Assembly (NCBI GenBank): GCA_040954595.2
Contig: CM082578.2
Coordinates: 13,732,304-13,796,303, forward strand
Reading direction: 5' to 3'
Length of the DNA: 64,000 nucleotides
Source: Balanoglossus misakiensis
Taxonomy: Eukaryota; Animalia; Hemichordata
A program made the position numbers and the translations under genes. Below are positions 38,979 through 52,327 of this stretch, in pieces; position 1 is the stretch's first letter; each line of letters begins with the position of its first letter. The notes under the pieces were generated by a model, which saw only the letters and a program-made list of their open reading frames with translations, made no database searches and had not been told where the DNA came from.

Positions 38979-41334
38979 ATGCAAATCACTTTACGCAGGA
39001 TCTTGATAGCTGGTTTTGCGATTTACGGCGTCATAACGTGTTATACAACGTATATCCTGTTTACTAAGGTTTATGACGACTCAAAGGCGGATGATCAGAA
39101 GCCTAAACCACCAAAGTCCGGTAAGACGCACGCTCTTTCATCACTGCACTTTTGACTGAGAGATAACCTTACTTGAACTGAACTGTAGAGGGCGCATAAA
39201 TCAAAGAAAGTGTGAACAAAAGACTATGCACAATACATCATTCGCATTTGTCTACAGTTTTCACAAATGGTTATTTTGGTGTGAAGTTGGAGCACAGAAT
39301 GATGCCTTTGCCCTTTTGTTAACAGGAAAAAGGATACATTCAAAATCTGCGGAATGGAACCCTTGGGGAGAAGATCTGTTTATGAGAGAAAAAAGACCAA
39401 GGGGTGATGGCAAACAGAAACTGAAATGGAACAGTGCGAAAGAGTTGGATTTTGGCAAACGTTACCATAGAAACAACAGTGATGGTTATCATCGTGTTGA
39501 AGTCTGGAGTAAAGCTGCCATCGGTAAGACAATCTACCCATAATTAATGTATAGCTTGACAGTAGCAGTAGCACGGTCGTTGATCCATGTACATGCAGTA
39601 CCTAAAATATGAAATGGCTATGTGTACTTCATAGTTGCTGTAAAATGTGGCATTGTTATGTAAATTCGTTTACTTAGTTGCTTTTTGTTGATTTATCCTT
39701 GCAGGATTATATTTCTGGCAGCATGTAATGGAAGGCACATTAGAATCCAAAATGGATGGAATATGGCAATATGGATTTCAGATCGAGAGGAATATGAAAT
39801 TCAAGTACGTCTTTCTACATTCCCATATTTCATCAAAGTGACGAATGTGTAGTAATTCATTTTTGATAACTGGCCTTCTCTGAAATGGAGGCATATATAG
39901 TGATGGAAGGTGTTGGTGCTAGTGCTGGTAGTTTTCAACATTCATCAGAAACCAGTTAACATAATTCTCAGGAGAACTTTAAACATACATAGTTCTTATC
40001 ATTCAGATTCCGAACAGGTCCGGGTGTCATCCCCAGCAAAGCCCCCAGTGATACCCAGTACCTGATACTCATTCTTAACGGCAGAATACAAGAGAAAATT
40101 GACTTTGCACTACTCTGGTTGGAACGTCTTGAGACTTTGCCTTATCTGCAGAAAGTGGCCGTCATCATGCTTGGCAATGAACACTGCGACAACGATTGGT
40201 TCACTCCACACATGAGAGAGGAAGGGGGATTGGTGGATCAGCTATTCATCGTCTATGACAGTCCAATGATAAATGGTGTCAGTTATCATCAGTGGCCATT
40301 AGGAGTTGCTACGTGAGTCAGTTTGAACTGCTGTTAACTTTCACAATGGTTGAAGTGAAATGTGTCCTATTTTTTGTCATGTCAGCGAAGAATGATGCGT
40401 TGTTTAAACAATAACAGGGTCTGTTTTTTCTTCTGATTTTGATTTTCCAGGTACAGAGGTTTCAACAAGTTTGTAATTCCTACAAGTCAGCTGTATAAAA
40501 AGAGACAGTATATGTGTAATTTCCTGGGTACAGTGTATGCTAATTCATCCAGGCAAACTCTGGTCAAACTTATCCGAGATTATCAACTCCAGGATAGATG
40601 CTTTATCAAAGCAAGGGATGAGTAAGTGTTTTTTTTTCCCTCTGGATCAGTAAATTGAATGATAGGTGCTTGAGTGTGTGAGTGACCACCTGACCTAGTA
40701 TGTACACAGATCTAACTGGGGGCTGCAAAGGTGTGTTTAGCAATGGTAGTCGAGGGTAATTATAATAACCTTGATTATGAAATATGCATGTCATGTCTTT
40801 CTGTCATATTAAGGATGTATTTGCAGTAGGATTCAACTGAGTTTGAGCCAGCAGTAGTTTACTGACATCATTTTCATGAAGATTTATGGAATTTATGTAA
40901 AATTTCTTTCCCATAGGTGGGAACCTAATGAAAGTGAGCATACCAGAAACCAGTATGAGCTTGCCCTTTCCGAGAGTGACCTGACTCTCTGCCCGGTCGG
41001 AGTAAACACAGAGTGCTACCGGATTTATGAAGCATGTGTGTATGGATCAATACCGGTGGTTGAAGACATAATGACTCCAGGGAGATGTGGTAACTCCAGC
41101 TCCTGTCAGAACTCTCCGCTCTGCTTGCTGAAGGCAAAGCAAGCACCGTTCATTTTCATCAAAGACTGGAAAGAGTTGACGGGAATCCTGAAAAGAGAAG
41201 CTCAACTCACACAAAGAGAGAAAATTGAGAGGCGGATAGCGCTGGTTGAATGGTATAGAAATTTCAGGACAACCCTGAAAAATGACTTTCTGGATAACTT
41301 ACAGAAAAACTTTTTTGTTGAGGATGTGACGTAA
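38979..41334 (+). CDS. RXYLT1: Ribitol-5-phosphate xylosyltransferase 1 (TMEM5), type II Golgi membrane protein
   Basis: Exons 38979-39120 (N-terminal signal anchor), 39326-39523 (EWNPW..VEVWSKAAIG), 39705-39804 (LYFWQHVMEG), 40007-40312 (FRTGPGVIP..LGNEHCDNDW..QWPLGVAT), 40451-40621 (YRGF..CNFLGTVYANSSR), 40917-41334 (SDLTLCPVGVNTECYRIYEAC). Confidence 0.93.
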
Positions 41335-42897
41335 ATATACAACTCATATATACTTTATCATACATCTTTTTTTTAATATGCAAACTTTTATTAACTTAAT
41401 ATTAAACTTATTAAATTAAGATTTTTATTAATACAATATCTTGGGCCATGTTTATTGTGATAATGTGTTTTCAATTTCCCAATAGGTATGTATGTACATT
41501 TTGTATACCAATAGGAGCTTATGGGATCAGTCAGAAGTGAAATGAGAGCAGTGTCATTGACTGTGTCGACATCTCATCACCTTTTCTCATACATGAACAC
41601 CCACACAAGTAAGGAAGGGCTAAACGAGGTCGAATAGAAGCATACCTTTACACCCCCATGTGTGGGTTGGAATTGTTTATCTGTAGGACAACAAATACCG
41701 GCCAGTACCTGTCTTCATTACAATTTTATGTTTTCCAATCCTTCCAAATTTCAAGGAATAATATGAAGACAATTGGAATTCTTTAGTGTATATCCTGTTT
41801 ATATGTATATACATGTACCTGGGGGTGACTTACCTGAATAGAAAAGGCTCTTTGTTGCCATACGCCCCCACACACCTATTCTCAACAGTTGATTGATCAA
41901 GCAAGTTGGAATCACTGCTAAAACAGACTTCCAAGACCTAGTGCATTTGAATAGCTTTCTCATTTCTGTCACGGCAGTATTTTGACAAACCAAGGTACCA
42001 GACAAATTTATTATCTTGTGCCAAAACCCATCTCATATAAAGAGTCATACCAATGAAAACATGCAACATAACAGACCATTTTGTCATGGGTATCTTTTTT
42101 AATATCAACTGTACATATTATTTACAATATTTACAACTAAACATATATTGTATAATTATGAAACCTAATCTGATATCCTTTGTATTTAAGAAATCCTTCT
42201 TGACTGATTTCTTTATGTTGAAAAAAAACATTGCATAGAAATGAGTTGACAAGGCAGTTCAAACAAAAACCTTCCAAGGTTGGATAATATTAGCAAAAAA
42301 TATTCTAAATGTAACCCAGTTTACTGCTTTCTACAAGGCACTTGTAAAAGTCAAAAGTAAAAGTTTAAAATTATGCTCTGTTAAAACTATAATGCTAAAT
42401 TGTTCTAAAAATCAAACTTAACAGCATATACTTCTTGAACATCTGAAGTGATGGACATACTGCACTGTCAGGTGATGTGACATGCAAGCATGTTACTTGG
42501 ATCATTTCATCAACCAGAACACTGCTGGTTTTGAGACTCCACTAGACAGCCACCGAGTCCATACAATAACGTCATTCACACAAATACCCATAAATAGCTA
42601 GATTTTTTTTTCATAAAGTAATTGATAAATTATTGCCATAGAACATACAACCATTACTTTTGATGCATAATGTCAACTTCCTTTGTAAATCAGTCAACTA
42701 TTCTACCTTTTCTCCATGGTTTTTAAAACTAGCATGGTCATTAAATTATGGAGAACCTTCAAGAGCAAATGATCATGCAGTTTCCATAAATTTTCGATAT
42801 GTCTAAGATTCCCTGCCAGTCCAGTATTATTGAATGCCTAAAATCTGAATGTCTAATAAATAGGTGATATCCGTTAAATACATAAAAGCTATTTAAA

Positions 42898-42981
42898 CCC
42901 TTTCACTGCCATTGCTTGTACCAAATCTATTGTTTTCTATGATAAAATTGGATCTCTACACAGTGAAACAGGATGAAAAGG
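42898..42981 (+). mobile_element. TTAA-associated MITE family, copy 3 (FAM72 3' region)
   Basis: TTTAAA-CCCTTTCACTGCCATTGCTTGTACCAAATCTATTGTTTTCTATGATAAA...GATGAAAAGG-TTAA. Confidence 0.6.
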
Positions 42982-43092
42982 TTAAAAATAAATAAGGCCA
43001 CCTCCTGCTTTGGCAAAAGTTTCCATTATGGATAGGAGTGACCACATGTCAGTACACAAGTCACAGTCTATTGCAATACTCAGTTTTCCAGT

Positions 43093-44122
<1,030 letters not shown>

Positions 44123-44465
44123 GCTGTTATTTGCTCTGCAAATTTCCAATAAAATATAAAACGGAGAAAATTTTGGACAAACGTGCAACTTTGCGAGTAC
44201 GTAACCACACGACACACGATAGCGTTTAAAATGTTGCTTTCGTCGTGTTGAAATAACAGAGACATGCAACGTGATTTTTCATTGGTCAATTTGAATTCTT
44301 GTTGTTCTACTATAAGCCTTGATTGGTTAGTGCAGGGCCTTTAAATTTACCCATAAGGCTACACTCAGGTCAGGTCATAAGTCAAAGGTCACCCACATGT
44401 ACTTCGAGTGGCGCGGCGAGGTTTGTGATCCAAGTATTGTACATGTCATTTCTGCCAAATTCCAG
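44123..44465. promoter_or_regulatory. Bidirectional promoter FAM72/REXO4 and probable non-coding first exon of REXO4
   Basis: Two ATTGG (CCAAT) boxes at 44281 and 44322, TTTGAA at about 44290, AGGTCA half-site array 44367-44391, GGCGCG E2F-like site at about 44410. Donor CAG/GTAAC at 44466 and acceptor at 44780 ahead of the REXO4 ATG. Confidence 0.55.
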
Positions 44466-44838
44466 GTAACAAATCATTTCTCATACACCGATCTATGTAA
44501 ATATAATTGATTACGTGTCCAAACTCTCGTACGTCCACGATTTTGAGTTCAGTAAAGGTCGAAGCGTGGGTGTGCTGGACTAGACTAGAGTAGTCGAATG
44601 TTCAGCCTGGCACGATTACTGTGTGTACATTTCTCCCAGTGTATAATACAAGAACAACACCATAGTATGCTATGTACAGTCCAATGGCACGAAAATTATG
44701 TCAACGCTGGTAATGCCATGGCACTTTCTTTGTGCTGTATTGCAATTAGACTTATTTTAATATTTTTCACAAAAATGTAGGTAAATATAGCTGAAAATTG
44801 ATACAAAAACATCTGTACTGGAGCAGAGTGCACAGAGC

Positions 44839-47420
44839 ATGGATAAGAAGAGAAAATTGTCTTCCAAAAACAGTGACTTTAAAAGTAAGAAAAGAAAATG
44901 TGATGAGTCTGAGAAGTCCAGTGATTCCAAAAACAATGGTCAGCTTGATTGTCCAGCTGGAAATGTAAAGATAGGGATGTCGAAAAAAATGAAGAAGAAA
45001 AGGAAACAAAAACTCACCGCAGTGGAAAAGACAGATGACAAAATCACACTGCCAAAAAAGGAACCAACAGACGGACCGACTAAGGACACTGAATGTTCAG
45101 AGGAAAGGAAGTTAAAAATAACACCTTTCAAGAAAAAGAAAAAGTTTTTCAAGAAGAAGAAAGGAAAATGTGCAAATGACAAGAATTCAACTCCAGGTGA
45201 TGAAATGAGGACTGCAGACACCGGAAATGCAAAGCAGAGTGACAAAAAGGTTGTTAAGAAGAAAAGTGTAAAACACAAGAAAAAGGCTGGTAAGAAACAA
45301 GACAACATCAAGACAGACAAGAAAGTTAAGACAAAGGTGACAGCACCTTCGAGTGGTATAGAAATGTCATCCAACTGGAAAGCTCTTGCTGCAGTAAGTA
45401 ACTCTCTAATCAACATCAAGTTACAGCTGGAATTGGTGCTGTGTATATTACAGATAGGAATTCAGAAGTTTTTTGTATGTTAATTGCACTTATTTTGGTA
45501 ATCATTCCTCTTTTATAGACTTTAAATATAAATATTGAAAAGAAAATAACTGGTAGTCAGCAAGAACAAACAACAGAAAAGCCTCTTCCAGAGAAAACTG
45601 AAGAAAAAGTAAATAACAAAGGAGACAGGTAAGAGTTATAAGTATTCATTTGGGTTTGCACAGGATGCCTTAGGTTCCATTCTGCACAGTTGTTTTAAAT
45701 CCAAACAGTCCACTACAAACTTGGCATGAAATATGAAAAAAAATGTAATTTTGTCCCTTTTCCTTCTACAGCCCAGAAATTTGGTTCGATGATGTTGATC
45801 CATTGGTAGTGCAAGCTTGTGCCAACACTAAAATAGAACTGCAGTCTAGAAATGTATTCCAAGGGTAAGTGTATCACCTTCACAAGAATATAACATCCCC
45901 AACAACATTTGTAGTTACAAAAGCAGGCAGTCTCTGGTTAGAGGTCTCTTTGGTTCTGGATACCAATTAAGTAACAAGCAATGGAATGTGATTATACCAA
46001 AGTGGGCTATTCAAAGTAACCTATTTGTACCTCCTTCATTTTTTGACAGTCTGACAAGGTGTTTGGCTTTGGATTGTGAAATGGTCGGTGCTGGTTTGCA
46101 TGGCAAGGACAACGAGCTGGCCAGAGTGTCCCTTGTCAACCAGTATGGCGTCTGTGTCTATGATAAATACGTGAAGCCAAGAGAGAAAGTGACCGACTAC
46201 AGGACAGCTGTCAGTGGCATCAAACCTGAACACATCAAAATAGGTAATACATGTGCACTGAAAATCAGTGTGTAGGGAGTTCCGGGTTCAATGAAGTTTC
46301 GCTTGACTTGTAGTGTAGGAAATTTCTGTACAAACCTCACCATGCAGGCATTGTATTGTCTCATGGGCCATAATGATTCCTCTCATCAGACTCTGTCCTT
46401 CATACATTTCAGCGGAAGATTTTGAGACAGTACAGAAAGAAGTGGCTGACTTACTGAAAGGACGCATCTTAGTTGGACATGCTCTTCATAATGATATGAA
46501 GGTAACGTATGAAATTTTTCCATCTACTCTCTGCTACAGTGTGGAAAGTACTCCTCATTGTTTCATTTATGGAAACTCATCACATTTACTTTTTTTCAGA
46601 AATCTTGAATTGGTTGTGTTTTCAGAAAATATTACAATTTTACCTTCTTGTGCCAGAAATGTTACTTTGATTGCCATTATATTATTCAATTCTGTAGGTG
46701 CTTTACCTGAGCCATCAAAGTAAATATGTTCGTGACACTGCTAGGTATAAACCATTCAGGACTCTCCTGAGGGTAAGAAATTTTACTTCAGTTTATTTGT
46801 GATGTTCAAATTATTGAAGTTCTGATCATGTTTCCAATCAGAAGTGTACAAACCGAAGTTTCTGAGTTCATGTCACTTTCTGGGAGTGAAAATTATTTGA
46901 GTGAACACAAAGCGACATTGATTGAAAAGTTTGCTCTATGAGAAGAAGCATGTATGCTACTACATTATACTACTAAATTCTGACTGTTTGATTTTCTCGT
47001 TTCAGACCAACAGACCGGGTCTGAAGAGACTTGCCAAAGAAATTTTACATGTCTCTGTACAAGAAGGAGAGCATAGTTCAGTAAGTGTCTCTACTCTGCT
47101 ATGTAATATGGTCTATTTACCTCAAAAAGTCCTGGAAAAAGCCAGAATTCTTTTAAAGGGTTCAGTGCTGACTTTTTTCCCAACATACAGTTCATACTCT
47201 CCTTCAACTTGCCAAACACTCAGGTCATATGATATGTCAGGGGTGCATATCACTGAAATCTTACTAATAATTTGTTCATTGTTATTGACAGGTTCAAGAT
47301 GCACAAGCTGCTATGAAATTATACATGCTGCACAAAAAAGATTGGGATTCTGCTGTTAGTCACCATGGCAACAAGGCGAACAAATGGACAAAAGAGAAAA
47401 AATCAAAAAGCCTGACATAA
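44839..47420 (+). CDS. REXO4: RNA exonuclease 4 (DEDDh 3'-5' exonuclease) with Lys-rich N-terminus
   Basis: Exons 44839-45393 (Lys-rich, SSNWKAL), 45519-45628, 45772-45865 (EIWFDDVDP), 46050-46243 (LALDCEMVG..DYRTAVSGI), 46413-46501 (ILVGHALHND), 46698-46772 (RDTARYKPF), 47006-47080 (VQEGEHSS), 47292-47420 (VQDAQAAMKLY..TAA). Confidence 0.93.
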
Positions 47421-47799
47421 CATTGAGTTGTATTCAAATTGTGTAAAACTAATTTCAACATCAATATTAAAGTTTTCACTGGGGAAAACACCACAATCGG
47501 TGTGCTTCTTTATATGGAATATTTTACATTGTTTTGTTCACTAATGTGATGGTTTATGGACAATACCATGGCAGAAGCAAATTGAGTTTTTAAATCCTTT
47601 TTAGTTGCCTCTTCATTATTCCATTTTACTCTGACAAATTACAAATGTATTAAATGGGATATTGTTTTATGAAATAAATAATACAGACATGACTTTAAAT
47701 TTCTTGGTGTGTTTTTATATGAGTTCTGGGGAGTTTGTAGTGGTGAATGTTGCCCTGAGCGAACTCTCAGAAAAATCCGGTACTTTGTAAACTTTGATC

Positions 47800-48095
47800 G
47801 CTGGTCACGTCGACGGTCGGGTCACGTCGGGAAGCTTCGTGGGTGTAGCGCCATCAACGTTGGCAAGGGGACAGGGAACCAGTGTTAGCAGACGACGTCA
47901 TGGTCACATGACAAAGAGGGGCGTTCCCCATGTGTCACAAGATTGTCAGGGTCTTCATGGTTTGACCTGCAGTTTGACAAAACTTTCTGAAATCTGGCGT
48001 GTGACTCAGTGTCATACAACGCTCGCGTGCTAACTTGGTCAGCAAATCCTCTGTCGTCGACACCAGCAGCGATTTCACTCGAGCTGAGTCAGCTA
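47800..48095 (+). promoter_or_regulatory. SSUH2 proximal promoter with AP-1/MARE, E-box and CRE-like motifs
   Basis: GGTCACGTCG x2 (47803, 47820), GACGTCA (about 47894), GTCACATGAC (47903-47912), TGACTCA (48002-48008), GCTGAGTCAGC (48083-48093). CpG-rich. Confidence 0.5.
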
Positions 48096-48187
48096 AACCG
48101 GTCAGCTGCAGCTCGAACGAGACGAAAACGTTGCACACGCCTTGGCAGAGGACGAGCACAGTACGCTGACGTTTCCTTAGTTTCATC

Positions 48188-51100
48188 ATGGCTGAAAAAC
48201 AACCTCTAGTGCAAGACAGGTATAAGAAAAGATCCTAAGAATTATGGCTATATTTTAGAATACATGCACAATTAGGGGTGGGTAGTATGTCGCTGTTTAT
48301 GATGAGCGAAGTTTTATTATTTCGACATGACGATGCCTATTTCATGCATGGTGTTTCCGGTTTCACTTTGGACGTAGCTGCAATAGAAATTTTTGGTAGC
48401 CATGGTGGGTTGGTTATATAAAACAGTAGTGGACGTGGATTTCTTTAAGTGACTGAGTGTTCGGTCAATTTTGTACAGTTCAACTCATTCTTCATTCATG
48501 TCATTGTCGGTCTATCATATGTTCAAGCTGTCTGACCATTTTCTCTTCTTTCTACTCTTATCAAAGTGGTTATGGGCAAGTTCCATACCCAACGTATTCT
48601 GGTCAACCAACCCAGGGACAACCACCCTATCCAACTCACCAAGGGTATCCTGGCTACCCTCCACAGGGCGGTGCTCCCCAGGGCTACCCTCCACAGGGTG
48701 GGGCACCCCAGGGCTACCCTCCACAGGGTGGAGCACCCCAGGGATATCCCCCACAGGGTGGGGCACCCCAGGGCTACCCTCCACCGGGTCAAGGCTACTC
48801 CGCTCCAGATGGAGGGAATGTTCAGGGAGTTGACAAACCAACCTGGGAAGGGGAAATTCCAGATGATGACCCAGATGATAACCCTAATGCACAGGTAATG
48901 GGGAGATTTTGTATCTTGTCACATACAATGCATTAATATGTACATTTACTTGAAAAAAATAAAAAAAATAGTGAAGCAATTTGATGGTCAAAAGGTGAAG
49001 AGTTGGTTTCAAGGATAATGAAGGCTTTGGACATACAGTACTAATCAAATTCTATCATTAAATTTGCCAATCACGACCCATGAAAAGATCTCCACTGACT
49101 TGGGTGTACGTTGCAATGACCATACATTTGCAATGTATATGTGTGGCTGCTATAAATGTTACAACATCTGAAAACTAAAGAGTTGGTATTATCTGTGACA
49201 GCCTCCACAGGCAACAGCCCCTCCAATGGACAAGATGGACCATGTGTCAGGATACGAGAACATGGAAGGCGCCCCATTACCCCCGCCAAGCTACAACGAG
49301 GCTATGTTGCAGTCCAACTATCCGGACCAACCAGATGTCAGGGCCAAGTAAGTTCACCATTGAAGTGCATATGACACAAAGTTTCACCTTTTCCTCAAAT
49401 AAACTTTGCAAAAATCAGATATGCCCAGGCGCCGTTTCACACTAATCAGGAGTGTTGCATGCAATTCCCATGAATTGAATTTTATATCACTGAAATTTGC
49501 AGACAGTTTATGATTCAGTGTACATACAATGTCATGTATATGATCAGGCATTACAATCGCATAATTTAATTCTCTTTTTTCATTGGCCATGTCCAGTGTT
49601 CCAACCATCACTGAGAACCAAGCCAGAGAAGCATTGTTGCAGCATGTGTCTGAAAACTGTTGCTATGGTTCCAAGGCAGCAAAGGATCTAATGTTCAGTA
49701 ATATAATTCCATCAAATGCCTTTCATGTAAGTGTGTAACAGAACTGTGTGCATCCTACTTCTGATATACATGTATGTGGGTTAATTTATGAATTGGAGTT
49801 GAGGAAAATTAATGGGAACCATCTTCATTGGTAGCAAATCCGGAAGTGAATTACTGGCCAGTGCTTTTCTTGACATTTTTTTATTTACAGAGTTCAGAAT
49901 TATTGAAAATATCACTCCATTATTTTGTTTTACCAGTACATTTTGGAAACATTCACGGAGAAACGGTCAACCAAATGGGCAAATGAGCCATACCATGGTA
50001 AGATATAAAAGCAAACATTTCAGGTGTTTCCCTGATCATTTTTCTTCTGTCGTAGCATAAATTTTCAGAGGCACTCTGTTGAATACAGGCAGGAATATGT
50101 CGAAAAGAATGTGCTTTTCTACATGTATTTTACTTAACAGACATTCAACATTAATTGTAATGTTGTTTTTTCAGGTCAGCAAGTGGATGGTGCATTCAAC
50201 GGACCAGCACCTGGTCCGTGGGAAATTCCAGCCAATCCACCACCCCCATTTACAACAAAGGTAGTAAATGTGGAAGTACCACACACAGCATCTGTCAAGG
50301 TATGACATCAATACTTGAGTTTTCATTGTGAGCATATAGACATGAGGAAATGAGAATAAATTTGAGGAATTGAGAGTTTGACAATTGTCAGAAATAATCA
50401 CATCAACAAATACCTGTAGTCTACATTCAGTGCATCTATTCTGTCAGAGATATTGAGTTTGGTAAATGCAGTAATTATTATACCAAGTTCATAGTTCATG
50501 GATCATAGGTCACTGCATATTTGATTTGTGACAGTCCATGTCATAGGTCACTGCACTTATGCTGTGATCCATGTGACATCAAGGGTCAAAGTTCATTGAA
50601 GGATTTCATTTCCTCTTCATTGGTCATCTGAGGATTCATGATTATCTTATACATACCGGTATGTAGTTCCAAAATATGCAACATGATGTTATTTTCTCTT
50701 TTTTCAGCCTTGTCATGACTGTATGGGTCTTGGTAGGAAGCGATGTTACCACTGCTTTGGAAGGGGTAGGGTATGTATCAGAGAAAAATATATTCATGTA
50801 ACAGTAAAATACATTGCATCTGAAAAATGAGACTGTTGATGATTTGCAGTGGTGAATTAGTTTATTCATTATTTCCCATGCTTGTATACATTTAAGACCT
50901 GTCCATAGTTTTTACATCTTATTAGCAAGATAACTGAGACAGCTACATCTGGATTCTTTGAATAAGTATGTGTCACTGCATTCACACAGCTGATGACCAT
51001 CTTCATTTCATATCATCGAGTTTCTCACAGTTTCCCCCTATTTCTTACAGACACGATGTGGACACTGTCATGGCCGTGGGTTTCATGAAGACTTTCATGG

Positions 51101-52327
51101 CGGTCACCATCATGGGCATCACGACCATCATGGACGTCGTCATGGGCATCATGGTCATCACCATCATGGACCTCACCACCAACGACGCAATTGTACTTTT
51201 TGTCATGGCTTGGGCCGTAAGAGGTGGGAATGCAATACGTTTATTCCAAAAACAGGACTGTACTGACACACTTGTATATTTGCTGGTAGTATGAAGAATA
51301 TGGATGGAAATCGAAATAATACTATGATCATTTTCAGATTCAGATAACTTATTCACTGTTGTGTTTCATCTGTGTCTTCTGTCAGGTGTTTTGTGTGTCA
51401 TGGTCACGGTCACACAACATGTAACACCTGCAATGGCAGAGGTCAACTGAAGTTTTTCATTAGGCTAACCATTGAATGGTAAGTGGTATCCATGGATACG
51501 GATTCAATGCAAGTAGACTAGGTGTGCCTAATAGTCTCCAAAAGCAATGCCTGCTTAGTTATCCCTTTCTTTGAAAATTACTTTCAACCTGCTCACACAC
51601 TAAAAACTACAACGGAAAGTAACATCTTGACTAAAAACAAAAATGTTTCTTCATCATATATTTCAGGAAAATACATCATGATGACCATGTTGTAGAGAGA
51701 ACTGCTCTCCCCGATCAATTGATCCGAAATGTAACTGGTGAAACTGTGTTTACCCAACAACATCCCAGGGTAAGGACAAATTGGATTTAGTGCAATCACA
51801 TTACAGAGAAAAGTGAGTATTGCAGAGAGAATGTCAAGTCTGTAACTCTGTTCTATTTTCAGGTGCTGCCAATCACCCACTTCCCAGATTTAAACATCAA
51901 TGAAGCCTCAAAGACTCTAGTACAGAGACACAGCACTGCGTTTGCCTTGGAACGTATCTTGATGCAGGTGAGTGAGGAAAGCTGAAACTCAGTTTTAAAG
52001 TTGGGCCCTCCCCCCCCCCAAACCTATACAGAAGTATACACAATCACATGATTATGAGGCACTGTGGGCACCAATGTAGTTTCTAGTTGTTTTATTATAT
52101 GCATAATGAAACACGAATTCACTGGCTGTTTCAGTTTGACTTTAATAAAGTCACTGTTCCTGTATTCGTCCCCTTTGCAGCGTCACAGTGTCCGCGTGAT
52201 TCCAGTCACAAATCTACACTGCACCTGGAAGGCTGAAAGTTTCTCTTACTTTGTGTATGGGTTTGAACACAAAGTTCACGCCCCAGACTATCCACAGCGT
52301 TGCTGCTGTGGCTGTAGCATTCTGTAA
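48188..52327 (+). CDS. SSUH2: Protein SSUH2 homolog (ssu-2 family, DnaJ-type CxxCxGxG zinc-finger repeats)
   Basis: Exons 48188-48219, 48567-48894, 49202-49347, 49597-49726 (AREALLQHVSENCCYG), 49937-49997 (YILETFTEKR), 50175-50299 (PGPWEI..EVPHTASVK), 50708-50770, 51051-51223, 51386-51478, 51667-51769, 51863-51967, 52181-52327 (YFVYGFEHKVHAPDYPQRCCCGCSIL*). Confidence 0.88.
48652..48786 (+). repeat. Coding 30-bp tandem repeat x4.5 (GYPPQGGAPQ)
   Basis: Unit GGCTACCCTCCACAGGG(C/T)GG(T/G/A)GC(T/A)CCCCAG. Full units differ only at synonymous sites. Confidence 0.92.

Noticed and set aside
44940-45419. 159-aa Phe-rich minus-strand ORF
   Set aside because: Antisense shadow of the Lys-rich REXO4 exon.
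48471-48898. Multiple overlapping repetitive ORFs and a CRISPR-like periodicity
   Set aside because: All arise from the coding 30-bp tandem repeat. There are no unique spacers and the context is eukaryotic.
50968-51356. Met/Thr/Val-rich ORFs on both strands
   Set aside because: Alternative frames of the His-rich SSUH2 exon.
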